Assembly: GCA_964016885.1 (NCBI GenBank)
Contig: OZ024743.1
Span: 183,272,001 to 183,336,000, forward strand
Origin: Eledone cirrhosa
Lineage: Eukaryota
Direction of reading: 5' to 3'
DNA length: 64,000 nucleotides
Each line of letters starts with the position of its first letter. Position 1 is the first letter of the stretch. Position numbers and translations under genes: made by a program. The notes under the pieces are model-generated. The model searched no databases. It saw only the letters and a program-made list of their open reading frames with translations, and was not told the DNA's origin. This document shows positions 1-10,446 of this stretch, in pieces.

Positions 1-1512
1 TCCATACCAGCGTAACCGCCTCTCCTGCACGCAGCATTTGATTCCTCTTATGCTCAGTCTCTCTCTCAATTCCTTTATGCTTTGTCGTTCACGTATATTA
101 CTGTTACACATCCATCGGAGCATGCAGGTTTCGTTTCTCTCTAATCTACGTAAGTCTTCCACCTTCAGCGCCCAGGTCTCACTACCATGTAACATCGCTG
201 TTCGGATACACGCATCATACAGTCTGCCTTTCATTCTGAGGGAGCAGCCTTTTGCAGCTAGCAGTGGTAGTAGTTCCCTAAACTTCTTCCATCCCGTTCT
301 TACCCTAGTTATTGTACTTTCTGAGCACCCACCTCTGTTGCTAATTCGGTCACCTAGGTAGCAGAAGCTGTCTACTGTTTCTACAGGGCCCTCCCAGAGA
401 TTGGTGGTACTTGTTTCCTGTGGCTGTTTGCTTGCTGTTTCAGCACAGCTGCTGCATGTGAATCCTACATTCTTAATTAAGCTTCCTGAGATCCCGCTAC
501 ATCTCTTGTGTACCCATTGTTTGCATTTGGGGCAGAGAATGGAGTTCCTACCTACACCTTTCCTACATACTGAGCAAGGCCATTTCCCTGAGGGGATCTG
601 TGTTCTGTTTTCTCGTCTACTTACAAGGACCTTAGTCTTTGTCATGTTGACTTTGAGGCCCTTTCTCTCTAGTCCCTGCTTCCAGGTTTGGAATTTATTC
701 TCTAGTTCTACCATAGATTCAGCTATGAGTGCGAGGTCATCAGCATACAGGAGTTCCCATGGGCATCCGGTCTTAAACTCCTCCGTTATTGCCTGCAGGA
801 CTATGATGAACAGGAGAGGGCTAAGAACAGAGCCCTGGTGGACCCCAACCTGTACGCTAAATTCCTCGCTATACTCATTGCTAATCCTAACTTTGCTGAC
901 TGCTCCCCTATACATGGCTTGTACCGCTTTCACAAGCCATTCATCTACTCCTAGTTTTCTAAGAGCCCACCAGATTACTGCACGTGGAACTCTGTCAAAG
1001 GCTTTATCAAGGTCGACGAATGCCAAGTAGAGTGGCTTACTTTTAGCTAGGTACTTTTCCTGTAATTGCCTCACAAGGAAGAGGGCATCAGTGGTGCCTT
1101 TCCCTGGTACAAACCCAAATTGCATCTCGTCTATATTCACCCGGTCCCTAATCAGCTGTGCTATAACTCTTTCTGTTACTTTCATGACTTGGTCCATCAG
1201 CTTTATACCTCTATAGTTTCCTCTATCTAGTGCATCGCCTTTACCTTTGTAGCAGTTGACAATGATGCTACTGCACCAATCTTTTGGTATGGCCCCTTTT
1301 AGTATTACCTGGTTAACGATACGTGTGGTTATAGTGTGACCTACATACCCAGATGCCTTCAGCATCTCGGCAGCTATACCCGATGGACCGGTTGCCTTCC
1401 CTATCTTCATATATCTGATTGCCTTACTTACTACGCTGCCGCTGACTTGTACTGCTGGTCCCTCTATAGGGTCTACGTGGGGTAGGGTCTCTTCTTCCCA
1501 TGCATTCTCCTC
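1..1512 (-). mobile_element. RTE-clade LINE, 5'-truncated copy, RT region; runs off the left edge
   Basis: The minus frame was read by hand with no stop over 1-1512. It contains QFGFVPGKGTTDA, AFVDLDKAFDRV, GVHQGSVLSP, LLYADDL and FCYLGD, plus a Cys-rich insert (CSVC...CPKC..WVHKRC...CSSC). Confidence 0.92.
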
Positions 1513-1635
1513 TTGGGTTTGGACGGGAATTTTCCCACTTGAGGCAAGATTGTTTGTCTTGCTCGTATAGGACTGTCTGGCAGGTTTTCTACGGCTGGAT
1601 GCCCTTCCTAACACCAACCACGTTTACAGTGTGGA

Positions 1636-1691
<56 letters not shown>

Positions 1692-1695
<4 letters not shown>

Positions 1696-2952
1696 TCATC
1701 ATCATCATCACCGTTTTACGTCGGTTCTTCCACGCTAGCATGGGTTAGATGGGTTGTCCTGTTGTGGGCAGTAGCTGGTCGGCTGACCATGCTTTGTTCA
1801 TACGGGAACTGATTCTGGCTTGATTTCTACAGCTGGATGCCCTTCCTAACACCAACCTCATTTACAGTGAGTGCTGGGTGCTTTTTTGCCGTTCGCGTAT
1901 ATTACTATTACACATCTATCAGAGCATGCAGGCTTCATTTCTTTCTAATCTATGGAAGTCTTCTACAGACAGCGCCCAGGTCTCACTACCATGTAACATT
2001 GCTGTTCGTATACACGCATCATACAGTCTGCCCTTCATTTTGAGGGAAAAGCCTTTTGCAGTTAGCAGTGACAGTAGCTCCCTGAACTTCTTCCATCCCG
2101 TTTTTACCCTAGTTATTGTACTTTCCAAACACCCACCTCCGCTGCTAATTTGGTCACCTAGGTAGCAGAAGCTGTCTACGGTTTCTACAGAGCCCTCCCA
2201 GAGTTTGGTGGTGCTTGTTTCCTGTGGCTGTTTTCTGTCCCAGCGCAGGTGCTACATGTGAAGCCTACATTCTTAGTTAAGCTTCCTGAGATCCCACTAC
2301 ATCTCTTGTGTACCCATTGTTTACATTTGGGGCAGAGGATGGAGTTCTTACCTACACCTTTCCTACATACTGAGCAAGGCCATTTCCCTGAGGGGATCTG
2401 GGTTCTGTTTTCTTGTCTACTTACAAGGACCTTAGTCTTTGTCAGGTTGACTTTGAGACCCCTTCTTTCTAGTCCCTGCTTCCATGTTTGGAATTTCTTC
2501 TCTAGTTCTACCATAGATTCAGCTATAAGTGTGAGGTCATCTGCATACAGGAGTTCCCATGGACATCCAGTCTTAAACTCCTCCGTTATTGCCTGAAAAA
2601 CTATGTTGAACAGGAGAGGGCTAAGAATAGAGCCCAGGTGGACACCAACCTGTATGCTAAATTCCTCACTATAGTCATTGCTAATCCTAACTTTGCTGAC
2701 TGCTCCCCTATACATGGCTTGTACAGCTTTTACAAGCCATTCATCTATTCCTAATTTTTTAAGCGCCCACCAGATTATAGCATGGGGAACTCTGTCAAAG
2801 GCTTTCTCTAGATCGACGAATGCCAGGTAGAGCAGCTTACTTTTAGCTAAGTACTTTTCCTGTAACTGCCTCACAAGGAAGAGGGCATCAGTGGTGCCTT
2901 TTCCTGGCACAAACCCAAATTGCATCTCATCTAGTTTCACCCAGTCCCTAAT
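1692..2952 (-). mobile_element. RTE LINE, 3' part (RT and 3' UTR with (ATG)n tail), frameshifted and internally deleted
   Basis: ORFs 2185-2991 and 1919-2128 carry RT motifs including YADD. The 3' UTR matches 51176-51370. The element resumes at 8182 after the CR1 insertion. Confidence 0.9.
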
Positions 2953-3238
2953 AATAATAATGAAATTATTGTGTACAGTGCTCAGGTGCACTACAACTCA
3001 TCAAAGGTGCATGTATAGTACATAGAATAATGTACAAATGTCAGGAAAATGAACAGTGTATGAGTCATGATATAATAATAATAACAATAATGAAATATTG
3101 TGTACAGTGCCCAGGTGCACCACAACTCATCAAAAAAAAGTGCATGTACAGTACATAGGGCAATGCACAAACATCAGTAAAATGAACAGTGCACGAGTCA
3201 TGATACGCACGTGTGTGCATGTGTATGGAAGGGGTATA

Positions 3239-6004
3239 TCAGGTGTAGTTTTGGCGTATTTCGGGAAGCATGAGTGTCTTAAAGGATTCAGTGTCTCGGC
3301 AGCTAACAATTGACGCAGGCAGTTTGTTCCATGCTTCAGCAACTCTGAGCGTGAAAAAATGTCTACGAAAGTCATGGGAGCTGTGCTGTTTTCTGATCTT
3401 GTAGGCATGTCCACGTGTGTTAGACACATGAAGATCAAAGAGGCGCTCAGGGTTGCAATTGGCGAGATGGTTAAAAACTTTGTGGGTATTCACCAAGTCC
3501 ATTGCCAGACGTCGGAGCTTCAATGAATCCATGCCCAGGGAAGCAAGGTGTTCAGAGTATGGTAGGTGTCTGATGGAGGGTATGCGCTTGGTTGCACGTC
3601 TCTGAACAGTTTCCAGGAGGTCAATGTTCTGAGCAAGATAGGGGTTCCAGACTGATGATGCGAATTCCAAGTGTGGTCGCACCATAGCTGTATACAGTTT
3701 TAAATAGATGGCTGGAGAGCAGCTAACAAAGGTCTTGCTGAGTGATGCCAAGACACCCTCGGCCTTCTTGACAATCTTAGAGACATGCTTTGTCCAACGC
3801 AAATCGTTGCTGACAGTAATGCCCAGGTCACGTTCACAAGAGGACTTTTTGATATTAGTGTTGTGGAGGGAGTATGTGGACGCTGGATTTTTCCTTCCAA
3901 AATGCATGGTGGTACACTTGTCCACAGCCAGCTTCAGTTGCCAGTCTGTGATCCATTGCTGCATTGTGTCCAGGTCTGATTGTAGGAAAGAGTTGTAAAT
4001 TTCAGGATCAGTCCTTTTGATTTCAAGGTACAGCTTGATGTCATCTGCATATTTTAGTACCGTGGCATTCTGTAAGTTGGCATCTATGCCATTAATATAT
4101 GCCACAAACAAAAGAGGACCAAGAACAGATCCCTGTGGTACACCAGATGACATCTCATATGGTGAAGAATGCTGTCCTAGAACCGTGACTACTTCTTTTC
4201 GGCTGAAAATGAAGGATTTCAACCAGTCGAAAAGATCATCCCTCACACCCATTGCAGAGAGTTTTGCCATAAGTCTTTTGTGTGGCACAGAATTAAAAGC
4301 CTTAGCAAAGTCAAGGTAAACAACATCCACCCATGAGCCGCTGTCAGTGATCCGGGTGATGTCCTCAAGGAACTCGATAAGCTGATCACAGCAGCTGGAG
4401 TTAGGGATAAATCCAAACTGTGAGGGCCGGATGAGGCTGTGAGAACTCCAGAAGTTCCAAAGTGTTTCTCTGACACAGGATTCCATCAGTTTGGCCATAC
4501 AGCTAGTAAGACTGACTGGACGATAGTTGACAGGTGACATGCGGTTGCCCTTTTTGAACAGGGGAATGACACTGGCAGTTTTCCACTGCTCCGGAGTAGC
4601 ACCATTGTTGAGACAGTATTGAAAGAAGAAAGAAAGCTGGCACAAAAGGAAATACCCGCCACGTTTGAGAAGCAGGTATGTCACACCATCAAGACCAGGG
4701 GAGGCATAGTTGCGCTTATTCTTAAGGTGACGTCGCAACATTGCAGGTGTAAATTCCATAGTTGTTATGGAATTTGATGTTAGAGATGGTGGAGATGGTA
4801 CATTCTGGTTTTCAACAGTAAAAATACTTGCATAGCACTCAGCAATGAGTTCTGCGCATTCCTTGGGATTGTCAGTGATCTGGTTTGTGTGGGGATTGCG
4901 AAGAGGACCAACTGGAGAGTGAGGTCTCTGCTTTGAATGAACATATTTCCAGAACACCTTACTGTCAGGATTGGTTGCGATGCACTGTTCAAATTCAAGC
5001 ACTGCCTTCTTTGTCACTTGCTTGAGATGGTTAGAAGATTTATTCCGCTTTTTTCTGTTGGCATCTGATCTATGCAGTTTATATTCCCGTTCAGCGTTCC
5101 GACGTTCTTTCCTGGCAAGTCGGACCGCTGAAGTTTCCCAGATTGCACTTTTTGGGTGGTTATTTTTCCGCTTCCGTGGCACTGATGCTGCACATGCTAT
5201 CCATATTGAGTCCAGGATGCTCTGGAGTATAGAGTTCACATCTCCAGAGTTATACATCTCATGCCAGTTTGGGCGCTGTAGCTCAGTGCAGTACAAGTTC
5301 CAATCCGCCCTCTTCCAATCAAAGCAAGCAGATTGGAGATGGCTCTGGTTTTTGTTGCTGCCCTCAAGTGCCAGATTGGCAATGATCATAGCATGATCAG
5401 AGTAGCCTAGAGGTTCCTCAGTAGTACAACTGATAACCACTTCAAGAGTAATGGTGAAGATCAGGTCCAAAGTGTTGTCACCTCTTGTTGGAGAGGTGAC
5501 TACTTGTGACCAGTTTGAGTCCAGCACTAGTTCAAGGAAATCGTTTGCACCTTGTGGCCAACGAAAGGTTTCCCAATCGATCTCAGGATGATTGAAGTCA
5601 CCTGCAATAAACACATAAGTGGCTGTTTTCTTGGCAGCAACTCTGCGGATATCGCAAAGCTGTGTGTCCTGATGGTAGTTTGGGGGGCGATAAACAACAC
5701 CAAGCAGAAGTGTTGACATGGTCATACGTATGTCACAGAAAAAAACTTCTTCCTGTGATTCGTTCAAATCAACGCAAGGAATTACCGAAAAGTTTGAACG
5801 AACGTAGACCATCACACCACCACCACGGCGGTTAATGCGGTCCTTGCGGAAAAGGTTGTACCCAGTAATGCTGAAAACCCCATCACAGAGTAAGGAATGT
5901 GCCCATGTTTCCGTGACTGTGATGAAGTCAGGGTCGATGCTTCTGACGTAGGATTCGAACAGATGTATCTTGTTGCATAAACTGCGAGCATTTAAGGACA
6001 ACAA
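3239..6004 (-). CDS. CR1-type ORF2: APE endonuclease plus reverse transcriptase (921 aa, uninterrupted)
   Basis: APE motifs LNARS, VTETW, YRPP, GDFN, TLDLIF and SDH. RT motifs YLDFAKAF, GVPQGSVLGP and KYADD. CR1-type C-terminus HFFTLRVAEAWNKLP. No AUG precedes the APE motif I. Confidence 0.93.
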   Translation of the reverse strand: MLSLNARSLCNKIHLFESYVRSIDPDFITVTETWAHSLLCDGVFSITGYNLFRKDRINRRGGGVMVYVRSNFSVIPCVDLNESQEEVFFCDIRMTMSTLLLGVVYRPPNYHQDTQLCDIRRVAAKKTATYVFIAGDFNHPEIDWETFRWPQGANDFLELVLDSNWSQVVTSPTRGDNTLDLIFTITLEVVISCTTEEPLGYSDHAMIIANLALEGSNKNQSHLQSACFDWKRADWNLYCTELQRPNWHEMYNSGDVNSILQSILDSIWIACAASVPRKRKNNHPKSAIWETSAVRLARKERRNAEREYKLHRSDANRKKRNKSSNHLKQVTKKAVLEFEQCIATNPDSKVFWKYVHSKQRPHSPVGPLRNPHTNQITDNPKECAELIAECYASIFTVENQNVPSPPSLTSNSITTMEFTPAMLRRHLKNKRNYASPGLDGVTYLLLKRGGYFLLCQLSFFFQYCLNNGATPEQWKTASVIPLFKKGNRMSPVNYRPVSLTSCMAKLMESCVRETLWNFWSSHSLIRPSQFGFIPNSSCCDQLIEFLEDITRITDSGSWVDVVYLDFAKAFNSVPHKRLMAKLSAMGVRDDLFDWLKSFIFSRKEVVTVLGQHSSPYEMSSGVPQGSVLGPLLFVAYINGIDANLQNATVLKYADDIKLYLEIKRTDPEIYNSFLQSDLDTMQQWITDWQLKLAVDKCTTMHFGRKNPASTYSLHNTNIKKSSCERDLGITVSNDLRWTKHVSKIVKKAEGVLASLSKTFVSCSPAIYLKLYTAMVRPHLEFASSVWNPYLAQNIDLLETVQRRATKRIPSIRHLPYSEHLASLGMDSLKLRRLAMDLVNTHKVFNHLANCNPERLFDLHVSNTRGHAYKIRKQHSSHDFRRHFFTLRVAEAWNKLPASIVSCRDTESFKTLMLPEIRQNYT

Positions 6005-6060
6005 TTTGTACCCTGCTCGCAGTTTATGATGGTGTGTAGAGGGTGGCAGGTTGTTCTGGT

Positions 6061-7366
6061 TTAGTTTCCCAGAGTTGTAGCAGTTTTTACATTGCCAGTT
6101 ATTGTGGGTAGATCACACTCAGACCAGCTGGTATCTCTCTTCCACGTTTCACCAGCCTTGACAAACCTCCAGATCTGCCCATCATCACGCAGACTAAAAC
6201 TTTCATCTTGTGCTGAGTTCCGATTCAAGGAAGCTGCAGCACGTAGCTTTGGACGTACATGGGGTGGTAGGCCTGGGCGTGTTTGGAAGGTAATCCGATT
6301 TTCACGCCCAGCTTTAGCAGAGGCCAGATGATATGAGGTTGCCTTTGCGGGGTCCGAAAAAAACAGCCTGATGAGTCTGGGTTTTGGACCAGGTCGACCA
6401 AGGCGGAGAGCACCCTTTGGGGGAACACAGCCTAGGTCTTTGGCTGAGCTGGCAGCAAATGCCTGAAGATCAGCCTTGTCCTCTGGTACCCCAATGGCAA
6501 TCACTTCATGGGTAACAGATTCCGCAGTCTTTTCAGTCTTTTCAGCAAGAGGTACAGGGAGATTCTTTAACAAGGCATTCCGATAAGACCCCTCATTGTG
6601 GGGTCCTACCCGAATGCCTGCCTTTATTCCTGTAACTTCCCTTCTCGGAACAGAAATCATTAGTTGCAGTTCCGCAAAATCTGTACTGGTCGGTTGTTGT
6701 TGTTGTTGTTGTTGCTGCTGCTGCTGTCGTTGTTGGTGATGATGATGTTCCTCCACGGGAATGGCAGGGGAGGACACAGTCGCAGGTTGTTGCTGTTGTT
6801 GTTGTTGTTGGTGGTGATGATGATGTTCCTCCACGGGAATGGTAGGGGAAGACACAATCACCAGTTGTTGGTGTCGAGATGTACTGGGAGCGGAAGACAT
6901 GGGTTGTTGTTGTTTCTGATGTTCTCCCACAGGAACAGCAGTAGAAGCCAGTGTCATAGGTTTTTGCCGTTGTTCAGTAACAATGGTAGAGGAAGACACA
7001 GTCATTGGTTTTTGTTGTTGTTGTTGTTGTTGTTGTTTTTCAATAACATTAGTGGAGGCAGGCACACAGGCCAGACACTGAAAGGACCAGGATTTTAGCT
7101 GGACCATCTCCCATATTCCATCCATCATAGCATTATGATGTCTCTTTTTTGGGGCCTGGGATCCTCCGGAAGCCTGTGGCGCATTGAAGGCAGACAGAGA
7201 TGCGACAGGTTCCACATTCAACCCAGCGGTTACGGAACGAGTTTTCGGGTTCCGCACAGATATGGCAGATGTGATTTTCTGGACAATGTTCTATTTTGGG
7301 ACATCGACCGGTTTTGTCGCATATTTCATCGATGGATATCACCATGGCAATTTTGTTATTTCTACC
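6061..7366 (-). CDS. CR1 ORF1: PHD-like zinc finger, polyQ/polyH tract and RRM-like C-terminal region; frameshifted near 7150
   Basis: ORF 7133-7396 gives CHIC...WVECGTC...CLQC. ORF 6061-7257 continues with WSFQCLAC, Q/H repeats and RLG...KPRLIRLFF, typical of LINE ORF1. Confidence 0.75.
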
Positions 7367-8181
7367 CATCCGTAGAAAAACACAGAATGTAAACAATATA
7401 GGTTTAGCGCACTTGATTACGATAGAAATAAAATGTCTGTTTTTTTGTGTATTTTGTTTCCGTTTTCCTAAATGTTGTGTGTGTACAGAAGAGTCTGAAT
7501 TACATTACATGTAAACAAATAAATATGCTGCGTAAGTTAAATGAAACGTACTGTAGAAGGCAGTTGTTTATTAACAGCGAAATAACGTTTTTTTTTTTGT
7601 TTTTCTTCCCCTGATACTGCTTCTTTATAATAAACTTTCAATAATATTTTTTTCCCAAATTATTAACTTTCAGCTGCTAGTATATATATATATATAATTA
7701 AAAGGTGTATGTGGGTTAGAAGCGAGGTCAATGTTAAGAAATATTTTACCAATGTAAATTGGTAAAATTGGCCGGTATAGTGTCTCACACGAAATAGTGT
7801 GGTTTCTTTTCACGTGTGTGTATATGCATATGGTATGTATCTGTATATAAATCTGTGTTATATTGTTGTTTATATGTTTTGTGGAGTACTTACTGCGATC
7901 CTTAAGGAATGTAGTGATTTGTTTTGTTTTTTTCCTTTTTTCCCGTCCATGTCCACACGTGGTTTGTTGGCGAAAATCGAGTCAAATTATATATACTTCG
8001 TTAAGATAATTCTATCTTGAAACTGGTACTATTTGTCAGGGAACAGTCAAAGTAGTTGTAATAATGAATATTGTAATCCATCTGACATGTGTTTAAAGGG
8101 CAGTTTTGGGTGAAAATATTATATTTTGTTTGGTCAAGACGTGGTCAAGCGACCTTCCTTGTCGCCATTTTTTAATTGATA

Positions 8182-10250
8182 TCTGTGCTATAACTCTTTC
8201 TGTTACTTTCATGACCTGGTCCATCAGCTTTATACCTATATAGTTTCTTCTATCTAGTGCATCACCTTTATCCTTGTAGCAGTTGACAATGATGCTGCTG
8301 CACCAATCCTTTGGTATGACACCTTCTAGTATTACCCGGTTAACAATACATGTGGTTATGGTCTGACCTACCGGCCTAGATGCCTTCAGCATCTCGGCAG
8401 CTATACCTGATGGATGGGTTGCCTTCCCTGTCTTCATATCTTTGATTGCCTTACTTACTATGATGCTGACGACTTGTACTGCTGGCCCCTCTATAGGGTC
8501 TACTTGGGGTAGGGTCTGTTCTTCCCATGCATTCTCCTCATTTAGTAATCTGTCATAATGGCTCTTCCATGCATCTTTCTTCTCAGCACTTGTGAGGGCA
8601 AGCTCACCTTTATCATTCTGGATACACTTCTCTCCAATGACATCACCATTCTTTCTGACACACTGCCTCGCAATCTTGAACACCTCCTGTTTCTGGTCCT
8701 TGCGTTGCAAGACATGCTTGAATTTTCTCCCTTCTAGCTAAGTATACTTGTCGCCTAGCTTCCCTCCTGGTCTCTATGTAATGTACCCTGCTTCCTCCAT
8801 TCTTCCATTCTTTTCATGCCTGTCTCTTGGCCTTAACTGCCTCATCTATCTTATTGTTCCACCACCAAGTCACTCTTCTCTTGCCTGTGGTCTTACTCCA
8901 ACCACAGATCTCATCCGTCGCCTTTAGTAAGTTATTTTTTAGGAACTCCCAGTGCTCTTCTACATTGAACATCTCTATCTGTTCTTCTTTACTGTCATAG
9001 GCGTCGAGTAAAATCTGTTACTGGCTGAGGGGTCTTTCAGCTTCCAGATCTTTCTTCTCCAGGTTGCCTTCTATTTCCAAGTTCGTCTAGTTTTGACAGT
9101 GAAGGGACATGGCTTAGTGGTTAGAGCATTAGGCTTGCAATCGAAAGGTTGTGAATTCAATTCTCAGACCGGGTGATGTGTTGTTTCCTTGAGCAAGACA
9201 CTTTATTTCACATTGCTCCAGTTTACTCAGCTGAAAATGAGTACCAGCAATAGCTGGAGGTTTAACCCTGCAATGGACTGGCGTCCTGTCCAGGGGGGGA
9301 GTCTTGTACTCTCAGTCGATTCATGCCATGAAACCAGGATAAGCACCAGCCAAATGAGCCTTCTGGCTTAAGACAGACTTTTTTTTAGACTAGTTTTGAC
9401 AATGAGGTCGCTGACAACTAAGTTATGTTGGGAGGTACATTCCTCACCTGGCAAGGCTTTTGTGTTTACGACCATCCATCTGTCACATCCTCTGATGAGG
9501 ATAAAATCTATCTGACTAGAATGTTCCCCTGATCTATAGGTGATCAGGTGTTGTAGGGTTTTTTGAAGTTTGTGTTACATATTGACATGTCATTGGCGTC
9601 ACAGAATTTTAGAAGCCTGAAGCCTTCTTCATTTCTTGTGCCAATCCCATGGCCTCTATGGACTCTATAGAAGCCGTCACGGTGTTTACCTATGTGTCCG
9701 TTAAAATCTCCTGCAATGATTAGGAAGTCATTGTCATTTGTTAGAGCAGTAGTGTGTATTAAGGACTCGTAAAACCTATCCTTAAGTTCATCTGGCAACC
9801 CTGATTGGGGTGCGTAAGCTGATATTATTGTGGTAATTGTTTTATTCAGGACTAGTCTGAGTTTAATGATTCTTGCATTCACCCTGTTCACTGAGATTAC
9901 CTTATCTACTCATTTGTTAGCTAGTAGGATACCTACACCACCCATCCCATTGTCATTTCCCACCCAGAAAAATTTGTAGCACTGACTTTTGCCTACAAGG
10001 ACTCTAGCGGGCTCTCCTCTCCATCTAGTCTCTTGCACACAGCATACATCAATTTCCTTTCGCTCTAGCATCTCTACAATTTCTCCTGCTCTTCCTTTCA
10101 TTGTGCTTACATTGATGGTTCCAACTCGGAGTTTTGGGCATTTGCCAACATTTGTGGGAAAGGGTAAATTTTTGAATTGGGGGGAGGGGGGGGGGGGGGG
10201 GTATGCATCTGTCTCTGAATTAATGCTTCGCATGGGTGCTTGGTAACTCG
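8182..10250 (-). mobile_element. RTE LINE, 5' part (APE domain and linker), degraded
   Basis: LRVGTINVSTMKGR, CCVQETRW, SAYAPQ and AGDFNGHIG motifs in ORFs 9910-10233 and 9544-9891. ORF 8093-8710 matches the 1140-1512 region. Confidence 0.9.
9103..9389 (+). mobile_element. tRNA-derived CORE-like SINE inserted in the RTE element
   Basis: A-box TGGCTTAGTGG and B-box-like GAATTCAATTC. A 16-bp TSD CTAGTTTTGACA(G/A)TGA lies at 9087-9102 and 9390-9405. Confidence 0.85.
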
Positions 10251-10397
10251 CAGATTCATATTCATTTATTTATCAATTCGGGGTTGCTCCATTTATCCTC
10301 ATCTCATCCATACATAACGGTAAGAGAATTCAGGGCTAGAAGGACAGTAGTGGTAATAATGGCAGGGTTTGTTGGGGCTGGTAAGGGCGAGAAGAAA

Positions 10398-10398
10398 G

Positions 10399-10446
<48 letters not shown>
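10398..10446. repeat. (AGT)n microsatellite
   Basis: Seen directly. Confidence 0.95.

Larger units (their letters stand above)
2953..8180 (-). mobile_element. Apparently full-length CR1-clade LINE nested in the RTE element
   Basis: Has ORF1, ORF2, a 3' UTR with (TTA)n tail and about 0.8 kb of 5' region starting with an AAAATGGCG (YY1-like) motif. RTE sequence is collinear on both sides (ccagtccctaat / ctgtgctataac). Confidence 0.88.

Noticed and set aside
38-1030. Plus-strand ORFs of 107 and 209 aa, and similar antisense ORFs over other LINEs
   Set aside because: Antisense shadows of RT coding sequence.
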